Of a stretch of 64,000 nt of DNA, positions 39,201 to 51,200 are shown in pieces. The stretch is from Epiperipatus broadwayi (taxonomy: Eukaryota; Animalia; Onychophora). The translations under genes and the position numbers were made by a program. A model generated the notes under the pieces. That model was given only the letters and a program-made list of their open reading frames with translations, had not been told where the DNA came from and made no database searches. The stretch spans positions 434,001-498,000 of the forward strand of contig JAQFVV010000006.1 in the NCBI GenBank assembly GCA_028023455.1. Reading direction: 5' to 3'. How positions within the stretch are numbered: the stretch's first letter is position 1; every line of letters begins with the position of its first letter.

Positions 39201-42200
39201 CTAGCCTAATAAACAATTAGCAATAATCATTAATGGATTTATTTAAAGTAGATGGTAATAAAGATGTGTGTGCAGGGAGTTTGGTACTTGTAAATCAAAC
39301 GGTGTAATTGAAACTTTGCTATAAATCTTAGCATGCCAGAAGCAAAATTAACATTTTCACATCAACAAATTCCACCATCTTTCCATTAATTCAAAAATTC
39401 ATTCTCTTAAACTATCATGATATCAAGTTCTTCATTACGGGCAAGCACAGAAAATTTTTGTTCTGTTTTTTAAATAAATTTATTTTTTCATTAATGCATT
39501 TCAAGATTTCTACATTTTATGCACATATTTTTGTGAGTAAAGATGTGCAGCATTCTTTCAAGTCTTTCAGAGTGTAAGGATGAGACAAAAGATCACTTTC
39601 ACAGAGAAAGATCAGTAAGTTGATGATCTTGATCGTTACAGAAGCTATACCATGGTTTCTAAAATTCTTTGCTGTCATTTCAATAATTTTTTTCTTCTCA
39701 AAGTTGAAATGACCAGATTCAAGCAAGTGCAACTACACTGCGTATATTTGAAAACCCAATAGACAATGCTATTGGTCAAGATTCTCCTGTCCACAGCTTC
39801 TACAAAATTTTCTTATCTCAAACATCCATCTCACAATGATATTGCTCTAGAACTTTTACAATTTCTTGGAATCCAATTTAACCTATTCATGTTAACGCCC
39901 ACATAATGCGGCAATGATTTTCAAATTATAAACATCCGGGTTCAGGTTAAGATTAACGGAAATCTATGCAGGCTATGCACGCGCTTTTTACACCTTTGTT
40001 TCCACCTTTATTTTTCTACGATAAAAAATAAAAATTTTATGATAATTTTTATGATTAAGTAGATTGAATTTTTTTGTCTTTCTCTCATTTTTTTGATAGT
40101 TACAGAAAAAGATTTCACCGTGAAAAATACATCGGTAAAAATAAAACTTTTTACCATTGTATTTTGAAGACAACGTTATGGGGGGCCCTAATGGTAAGTA
40201 TTTATTTTTCTATATTTTTTAATTATTATTAAACATATTATAAACATATTTTGCAAATATTATGACCCGATTTAGATTTTTCTATAATGTCTTGTCTGCA
40301 TTTTAATAATAATAAAAATATGCAAAGGCTAAAAGTAAAGATTTTGACAGTATATATAAAAACTCAGGCCGTTTATAGACTACTGTAATGTAAATTTCAA
40401 AGCTGCATATCAAATGCAAAGAGAGGTCAGGCCGTTTATAGACTACTGTAATGTAAATTTCAAAGCTGCATATCAAATGCAAAGAGAGGTGGCAGTTGAT
40501 GAAGCTATTACTAAATTTATAGTCATAGTAGCATGAAGCAATGAGTCCTCAAAACCTGACTCTAAATTACTAATTTGTATACCTCAAGCTTAACTCTATA
40601 ATGAATTTAGTATTTCATTCACTTTGTTTTTTATTTTATTATTTTATTTTGTATGTAGCGACTACTTAAGCAGTACTTTTTAATAAATTAACTATTAGTT
40701 ATAAGGGATGTTATTAGGGATGATATACTAATGTCTTTATTGTACGAAGTTTTCAAGTGATGGATTGATTACCTTAGGTAAGTGTTATTATATACTATTT
40801 TTTTTAGAAATTTTATGATGAATCCAACTAATCTTCTAACAAAAATATAATTTTAAGTTCTATGCATGATAATTTAGAATTTATGAAATAATATGAAAAT
40901 AATTATTAGCAATATTAACTTTTATTCTTTTTTTTATTACTTTGAATATCAATGACTATATTTTTTTCCAGTTTAATTACATTCTTTGGTGTTTAATCTT
41001 TAAAACAATATATATTATGTCATTTTTTATTAATAAAACTTTAAGTTATGATAAAATTTGTGGCTTAGCATAATTTCTTTAAATATTCAATATGGCTGCT
41101 TGCAAGTGAAAAGGTTAAGTCTTAAATTGTTCATCTATTATCATCTCTTCTAGTAATATGTTCAGCCTAGCTCAATTTCAACTTCTTAATTTTTTCACTG
41201 GTGACAATAACTGTTTATTCTCTCACCCAAGCATTTCACTTTCAAACCTTACCTATCATTCCATATACCACTATATAATTGGAAAATTCCATATTGTTCT
41301 TTTATTAATCTTACTATTCTAAAATCTCACATTTTACTTCATTCCAAAATTAACTAATTGTCTGAATCCTTAGGCCACTCCCAAATTTTCAGCGATTTGA
41401 TTAGAATTTCATTAATTATCTATGATTTGCATGACTTCATTTAAGTTGCAAAATATAACCTAATCCTCCATTATTGCACAATCCACTTTACACTTAAATT
41501 ACCTCACATTCTTCTTTTATTAACACTAGTTATTATGCCGATTATTACAAACTATCATCACCTTTTCATTACATCTAATCTTCATACTAATAACTTCTTT
41601 ATTACATTCCTGCAAGAGAGTTTAATACATACTTTTATCCATTACAAATCTCAGGTCATTATTTTGTTTTTGATATGTACTGTGATTACAATGAACTTTA
41701 TCTTTTTTGATGACTTTTGTTTTCTACTTTACTAATCATCTCATTGTTAATTCTTCAAATGCTCTTCTGTTTGTATTAAAGCTGCTTTTAAATTTTTCGT
41801 AAATATTTTCCACTTTTGATTTGAATTTATATTACCAATTATTTTACTACTATTTAATCCAACTTATACTTATTTATAAAAAGAAATGAGTAAGAAATAG
41901 ATGAGTTTAAAGTGGCATATAACGTTTTTAAAGGAAAGATAACAAATCCAAGCAAAAATCAATTATAATTAATCCTTAGCCATAAAGGATATTTCATAAA
42001 CACTCAAATCAATAATTGGATATTTTTATCTCTTTACTATGTTTTGCTTTTTTCTTTAATTTAGAAACTAGCAAAATAAAATAAAAAAACATACTTTGAT
42101 CTTTCTCAATATATATGGAATCACATCCAAAAATGCTCAGCTTTGGTTGAATATTAGATAGTGGCAAATTAAAATTATTATTACTTCATTATCATTACCT

Positions 42201-45200
42201 TTTTCAATCATTATTTATCCACTACAGAATGAAGATCTCTTCAAGTTTATTTTAGTTTCTCCAATCCGTAGCTTCTTTTCGCCAAAATGATTCCAGCAAA
42301 CTTTCTTATCTCTTTCATTCAACTCATGTGATATGCTTTTAGGTCTTTTATAATGCTTTTGGATGCAGTTTAACACCAGCAAAAAGTCCTCATCTATCCA
42401 TTTCACATGCGATCTGTTTCCAAGATTTTTACAATCTCTTGTGATCCAGTTTAAGACTTAAACTGTCCATCTATTGTCATCTCTTCTAGAAAAATGTCCC
42501 GCCCAGCTCTGTTTCAGTCTTTTGGTTCTTTCATACATGTGTTTTCCTTTCGATTCCTTCTAGTTACTAGCAATGTACATCTTTCCATAATTTGTTGTAT
42601 AATCTAAAACTAGCATTGCTCTTAAGTATTCAAATCTCAGATCCATATGTAAAAACTAGTAAAATACATTTACTAAAACATTCCTTTTCAAAATATAGGC
42701 ATATTTCCTTTTAATATCATGTTATTTCTACCAAAAACATTCTATTCAAGCTTAATTCTAGGATTAATTTCATCCTTTATGTATTCATCTGCACTAATAA
42801 TGTGATTGAAGTATATGAACTTTTAATTCGTGATTATTAATTTTTATTTTCTTCTTCATGAAAAATCATTGATAATATTTCAGACTTTTTAGTATCTATT
42901 ACTGGTCCTAATTTCATCTGATAACTTTTGCTATATTTCTTGAAGCTCTGAAGCATTATTTCTAAAAGCAATCGTTTCAAAGGCAAAATCTATATAACTT
43001 GAATAATTTCCATGTGTGTTTGTTTGTTCCCTTAGCTTCCCATTTCAATCCAGAAAATATTTATTGTAAAATTATTATTTTACCAATTCATATTTATTAT
43101 CAAATAATTCATGCATCATATTATTTATTTAAATATTAATTGATAAAAATCTTAAGTTCGTTAATAAAATTTACATATTTACTCAGCCCAGATTCAAATC
43201 AAAGCTATAGGTATAATATGTGGATATGCTACTATTGATTAGAGATCCTTTATTCATATTGTACTCTTGTTCAAATATAATTCTAATAATTTTTAAAAAT
43301 CACGCAGAAAATATAAACTTATTCACGGAACAAATAAGTCTGAATATATTAAAACAGGCAAAACTCTCCATACAGTAGTGCCATTCAGTGCCAACCAGTG
43401 TAATCAATGGATGCCAGAAGGCTTGTGCATGAAATCCTCGATCTAGTGCCTACTCATCCAATATCCCCAGACTAGTTTCTGGCTTGTGGCCTTCGTCAGT
43501 GAGGAGCCTTGGATAAAGAAGTGGTGATCATGTGAGGGTCTGAAAATATTAATAAAATAATTCACAAACTACATTCCCAAAAAATTATTTAAATGAACGT
43601 GTAAATAATTCCCACATCTTTTGTTATATCAATCTATTCTGTCGAACAGCAATAAAACAAATATCCTACTAAAAAGTTCCAACCTTTTTGAGTATCAATA
43701 CTTGATTTATTATTATACAAAAAACTGAAGGTCAGATAGAAATGATCATTTTTTTATCTGACAAAACAAATTGACAATGACACAATTAAAAGTGGGTGGT
43801 ATTTACAAGTTGAATTGAAAATGACTCTTTGGGAATTTTGCTTATGAATTGCCTTAGTAACATATTTAGACTTGTTTGTCCACGAACGATTTTGTTCAAA
43901 TGTATAAAGACTATGAATTATAACATGAAAATAAATTAGAGTTGACATATAGAGTAACTCAATTATGTAATAATATTAGCTATTCTTAATGAAATACTAG
44001 GAAACTAGTCATTTCATTAAATCATGATTCAAATAAATGTGCTGCATTATATGTGGATCAATTTTAAATTCCACAAAAAACAAGCATATATGCCCTAACA
44101 AAAATCAAATCCATATTTTCAAAAAAAAAATTTTGAATTTTGTAAAAAAAACTTTCTAATAATATTAAAACCTTAACAAATATATAAGAAGGCTGACCTG
44201 TACTTTGAAATATATATGCTCTATTCTTCGTAAATAAATGCGGCACAATTCAGATGTATTGCCTTTATTTTCCAAATACCGCTGAAGTTGTTCGATAATT
44301 TCACAAACAATTTTTTCATCTTTTAATCTATCAAACGTGAAAAAAATAATTGCATTAATGCTTAGAGTTTATTTATAGAATAGCTCCATCTATACTTTCA
44401 CAGCCTGATAAAAGCAAAACATAATGGTTATGAACCAAAACAGAGCTGTGAACAGAATAAATGTTGCTACAAGTTGTGAAAGAAAGAGTTGCCTGGAAAA
44501 ATAATAAAACTTAACAATAAAAATAGTAATCCAACCTTTCTACATATTCAGTACTATGAGCATCACAATTCTGAAGCATTTTTGTAAATTCTTCATCCAT
44601 TCTCTCGACTAAAGTTAAAATACATCCTCGGATGCGATACGGTAATTCCGCATTATCAAAGTTCTCCGATTCATCAGAAATATGCTCACCCACAGTAATA
44701 TTAGGGTGGCTATCGAGTATCAGAAGCAATTCTGATATGTGATTTAAACACCTATATTTAAAAAATAAAAAAAAATCATGAATGAATAAGAATTAAAACT
44801 GAAAATATGAGCGTATATATATATATTATTACATTTGGATTTTCAAGTGTGAAGAATTTTTACACACAACTTTTACACCAAATTTGTCACATGTAAACAT
44901 GAATGATTATTACTAATCATTTATTAATTAAACTAGAGATTATCCGAATCCAGATATAAACTTTAAAGCCTGGTTAAATTATTAATATATTTGTTTTTTG
45001 AGCATAAACACATGGAATAAATCAATTATGTCATATTTCCCCCAATTTTTATGTCTTTTTTAGATGCATGTAAACCTCTTTTTGATTCTACATCCTTGAC
45101 TCATACGAATAAAAATACTTAAAAAAACGTATACCATCATCGAGATACATTTCATGCTGAACCAGCATTTTTCACAATTGAGATTTAAAATTAGGAATAA

Positions 45201-48200
45201 TGCTCTAGTTTAGTAAACAATTGATAAGTGGTTGATGTCAAGGTTGTGAATGGAGAACACTTGACATTTGAATTTGAAATTGATAAATACTAAACAGATA
45301 ATGAAGACACATGTAAAGATTGTGGCCCGACTAACTGAAGAATGCTCGTTCAATGTAAAACGCATCTTGGGGATCATTTGTCCTTTTTCGGTGAATATTT
45401 CATAGGTTTTAAAAATATGTGGTGATGCAAAGACATAGAGGTAGGATATCTATCATAATATATATTATTAGTTATGGACTAAATTTTTGCTTAATTTAAA
45501 ATATTAATAAATGTTGTACATTGATTTTCAATATTACAATTGTCAATTATATAAAAATATATTTATCTATTTGTGTTTAATTTTAACACTAATATTGACC
45601 TTTTTTAATAAAACACATTCTTAAACCTTTATCTTCTTTTAAACACATAGTTTAATCAATTTTGAGATAATGTTTGAATTCTATGATAGCATAGTTCTAT
45701 GAAGAATCATTTTTGTTCTGTTTAAATTTAGAAAGATTCAACTATTTCATCATTAGCTGGTAAACTGATTAAATCAAATGTGAACAGATGAAATTAATTC
45801 CATGTTATCATCATTTCAGATGTCACCTACCTACTTTGAACTACGATGTAATAGTTATTTTGCATGAAATTTATTTTTAACTGTTAAATTTTCATAATTG
45901 TTTTCACAGTAATCACCCACATAGCTAATGTCAACTTTCACAAAGATGGAAATCCTCCGAGACTAGTGATAATTTTGCAAGTTTATATTTGTATAAAACT
46001 GTTAAATACATTGGTACATGTTGGATTTTAATAAATATACATGGTTTTTTTTTAACTTTTGAAATTATTGATAAAAATAAAATTGAATGATGATACTATG
46101 GTTTCATTAGATGACAATAAATTATACGGTTCTACAGACTGTCTAGAATCTATACATATCACTGAAAAATGCTTTATATGATTCATTAAAATTTATAATT
46201 GATAACACTGTTGCATCTCTGATGACAAATACATCAAAATATCTAAAGGATGACCCATGGGTCTCTCTAAGACTGCAAAAATTCATAACTTTGTATTATC
46301 AAAATATGAAGGAGCCATTTTAAGTACTGATATCTGTAAAAATATTTAAATATGCATTAGATATTTTTTGCTTGTGATCCTGAATATATTTTTGAAGCTC
46401 TTTTATATAAATTAAATAATTTACACAACGTAAATTGGTCTATCAACAAAGAACAAAACAGAATTATAAAATTTTTAGATTTATGAATGTCTAAATGAAA
46501 TGACTGTTTAATTAAACTTACATTATTTGTCAAATTTATCCAAGAGAGAATATATTCACTTTAAATCTCCTGTACTAATTATATAGAAAATGGATAGTTT
46601 TAATTTTTTGTTACACTGTAATGAAAAGTTATATAGTTATAAAAGTCCAAAATGCAAAATATTGAACTGTTTTCTTGAGAAGTTAAATATGTAGGATACA
46701 ATAGAAGACGAATTCTATGTACAGTAAATAAGTTTAATAATAAGTTTTATAACATTAATATAAGTAAGAATAATAAAAAATAGAAATCTATGTCCTTTTA
46801 AAATAATGTTCAATCAGAATTTATTAAAAATGTATTTCAAGCTAAACGCTTTGGAAGTGAAAAATAACAAAAGGTTAAAATAAAATTCTTATACGAAGCG
46901 AGAAATAAAGTGGAATTCTTATACGCTTAATATAGTAAGCTGAGTATGCTTTCGCTTACTATATTAAGCGTATACGAATTCCATTTCACTTCTCGCTTCG
47001 TATACGAATTCCAAAATTTTAAGATTTTCTTATTTGTCACATCCAAAGCATTTAGCTTGAATTACAATTGCATAAGAAAGGTCAAAAAGGATAATTGAAT
47101 TAAAGATACATTTAACGAGAAATCAATGTTTCATTTTATGTTCCCCCAAATGTGAACAGATCAATTAATAATTCTAAAAATCTTATTCCTAAAAAAAAGA
47201 TAATACCAAACTATTATGTGGACGTAAAAAATCATATATTACGAATCAAAATGCAATTTAGAAAAAAATTGAACGAACACCAACAACTCTATAATTGTTT
47301 AAAAAATGCTACAAATAATCAATCTAATATTGCTTTAGTTTTCTTTGCCCATGAAAAATTTTGTACGTAATTTTAAATTTATCTCTAATTCAGATCACAC
47401 AAGAATATTACATGAAGAAAGATATCATAGAAAAAATAAATTGATGAGGCAATTGTTATAAGTAGTATTTGAAGATTTTATTAATAGTTAATCAAAATAA
47501 TACTGATCTACACAGTTCCTGGAAAATCACGTGACATATACTTTTTGCCTGCATAAATTCTGTCGACAATGAACAGAACATAATCGAAAATACTTCTGTA
47601 TTACTATTTATTTTTTACTAACATCATTACATATATATAACATTGATGGTTAAACACATTATATTTAAAAATTTAATGTGCTATTATTTACAATTTTGAG
47701 TTATAATAACCGTTGTTAGGCAAATACGAAAGTTTATTTAATTTTCTAAAAAAATTATAAATATTTCACAATAATAACATATACTTAAATATTAAAAATA
47801 AAATGGGAAATTTTCCATGTATTAAACTATATAAAATCTTCAGCTATATAATTATTAGCCATGTTCAATTAAAGATTAGGATTACTACAACACGTGATCC
47901 ACCTTAACTGTTTTGTTGACGATTGCCTACTTACATTCACAGTTGATGGCTTTATTTAATTTAAAACATGGAAAAATTCCCTTATAATTTCATTGTTAAC
48001 ATCTTAAAACAAAAAAAAAGCTTTAATTTATATACATATTAAATAAAAATACTCACTTTTGCCACATGTCTGCTTTCATGCAAGTTGCAACATTTGGATT
48101 ATAATCGTAAATTGCTGAAGTGATACTAAACATGATTTTAACAGACATAGCTGGACCTAAATTATTCGCTTCAACAATGCTACGCAGCTCTATTAAGAGC

Positions 48201-51200
48201 TCTATTTGCTCAGTTCGATCGGTGCTTTTTTTACCTCTTGCAGCTAAAATTTCATTCAGTTTTTTCAAAACTACTTCATGATTAATTTCCGCATCTTTTG
48301 CAAACATTTTGGGCCTCTCCTAAATTGATAAAGTAAATAAATGAATAATCACAAATTTGAACATAAAAAAATTATAAATCCGAAAGGGTTCAATATATCG
48401 ATTTACTAACAGTTGTCATTGGGATGCCAAATTTCACTTCTTCCCATTCCCCACCATCATCTTCATCTTTATCTTCACGTTTTTTATGTCTTTTTAAGTC
48501 CTTGTCTTTCTTTTTCTTTTCTTTCTTAATTGCTTCTTCTTCATCTTTTGCACCAGTTCTAAAATAAATCATTTTTGCATAATTTTTAGAAATTACTTTT
48601 TTTTGTAAAATTGTATCTATAAACAATTTGTTTTGTAAGTTTAATCTTATTTTGATATACTTAAATGTATTGTGTATTTTACAGCTCTAAATATTGTTAG
48701 ACAGTCAAAATTATCAGCTAATTTGAGAGGCTAGGATTAATAAAATATTATATTTGCATTTTTTTAAATATATGTTGGTAGTCTTTGTTTATATATATGA
48801 TGTATTGAGTACCTTTGACTATTAATGTTTTTTTTTCTTTTTTTACTGTTATTTTGTTTTAAATAGTTTTTAAATGCAATTAAAAAATTTGTTCGCAATA
48901 TCTAAATTTTCATTTTTGTTTTTACTCTTCTGACAAATATATATTTTGTCTCATTTTGATTGTTTATAAATATATCCATTTCTTTATATCTTCTATTTAT
49001 AATTTTCCTTATTATTAGTTTTGGTTTCCCTGGCATTCGTACATCCGCTAATATACTATTTGTTGAAATTAGATGAACTTTATTTTATTTGCATTCCTAG
49101 TTGTGTCAACTCTTTTCATCTGATATGATTTCAACCAATTTATAAAACATTTTTTATCAATGCTGTTGAAGAAATTATTAGATAGCTGAAATATAGAGAA
49201 AAATATTTCCCTATATTTTAGCTATCTAATAATTTCTTCAGATCTAAATGCAACTTCTGCCTAATAGATAAATCTTTTTTCCCTAAATCTAAATTAATCA
49301 TTGAATAATAATTTGGGTAAAAAAAAAACACAAGTTTAACAAATAATTATTTTACTTCCCCATTATATACGATAAATGGTGCATATATGATAAATATTCT
49401 TAATGCTATAGCGCACTGTGAATTTGTACAGTGGTAAATTCTGGTGCTCAAAAAGCATGAATTACGATCAGCTCTGTCACTTCCGGTAATTAAAATTTCT
49501 TAAGAAATCCTAAGCAATAACACCATTCAATAATTTCTTGTCCTATATGCTTAGGTGCAGTTGTAAAGTAGCAGTATTTGGACATTCAGGACTTTGGATC
49601 ATAACCAGTTTTATCACTTCCAGATTCAATATTCTTATGAATTCCTGAGCAATAAAGCCATTCAAAAAATATTCTTAATTATTTGATTTCCTAATTTTTC
49701 ATTCTCATAATGTTCATTGATGGGAGAAAAAAACTTCCAACAGAAAAAGTAAAAAAAATAGTATAATTAAAAATATTTATTACAAAATCTAAACAGAACG
49801 GGAAGGTAACATAATTTCTTCTTAAAATATTGACACACACCCCTACCAAAAAAATTATTAACAGATGACTAAATCAATATAAGATTATTTTTTTAAACAG
49901 AAGTGATATGTTAACTGTACTTAATCCTGGAGAAGACTGCTAGACAGTCGAAACAGATGAAAATAATAAAGCAGCACTGGTTAAAAAAAAATTAAATTAC
50001 TTGCACAGTGCATTTTTGAATTCTTATTACAATATTAGATGTTAAACAGAAAGATAAATCGAGGATAAAGCATTTGCAAGCAAACTAAAAAATTTCTCCT
50101 ATGTAACTGCTATTTTTCGTCTTTTTTAATCGATAAATAATAATGATTTCTTTCTTTAATCTTGTACTCTTCCACTTTCTCACTATATCAAAAGGATATA
50201 TAATTGCAATTTCACTGCTTAAAAATTCATCACATAAGTAAATCACATGCCAAATATCACTGTTGCCATTAGCATGTTATTTTCAAAACTGATAGTTATC
50301 AAAGTTTGTTGTTAGATTTGTTACAATTATATATATAAATTAAAATTTTAAATCAAATTTATTAAAAATTGACAAAAGACAAATTTTTTTATAAATGCAA
50401 TTTATCCACTCTACTTTGAACACTTTTTAGCAAAAAACCTTTTATTGTACATATATGCATACACAATCTTACATTTCGACTGCTTTGCAGCCTTCTTCAG
50501 AGCTATGATATAATGAACAAAATAAATATGTTTCAACTGTCTTGCATTCTTCTTCAGAGCTATGATATAAGGAACAAAATAAAATATCATAGCTCTGAAG
50601 AAGACTGCAAGGCAATCGAAATGTAAGATTGTGTATGCATATATGTATAATAAAAGGTTTTTGCTAAAAAGTATTCAAAGTAAAGTGGATAAATTGCATT
50701 TATACAAGATATTAAAGCAAAATAAAGGAAGTGGTGAATTTGGTAATATTTCTGAAAAAAAATTTTTATAATTAATATATTTAGATTATATAGTCGAGAA
50801 TTTTGTTCGATATTTTTTAAAAAAATTACACTTCAGTTAAATCTTTCCGTTTATTTATATTCAGCTATTAGTAATACCATGTTAGTATTGAACACAATGG
50901 TTCAAATTAGTCTCCTCTGCTCTTCAAGCATTAATGGCCTTACTAATCCCTATATGCACTGTGATTGAATCGATGACTGTTAGATTTGTGAATATTAAAT
51001 TTAGGATAATACTTTAACCCATTTTGATAGAATAATCTTATTGGTTAGAGTACTGCCCAAAATTCAAAATTCATGAATCTAAAGAATATTAGTTCCATTT
51101 CTGATTTAGACTGTCAATGGTCAGGCTAACAACAGCTGAAGAAAAAAATTAATACTATTTGAAATATTATGTTATGTACCAACCTAAGTATTATTAACTA

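Noticed and set aside
40981-40997. Candidate micro-exon IKHQR
   Set aside because: 17 nt; phase-incompatible with the next exon.
43616-43633. Candidate micro-exon IDITKD for the missing FD segment
   Set aside because: Weak donor (gtggga) and no sequence similarity; unsupported without RNA data.
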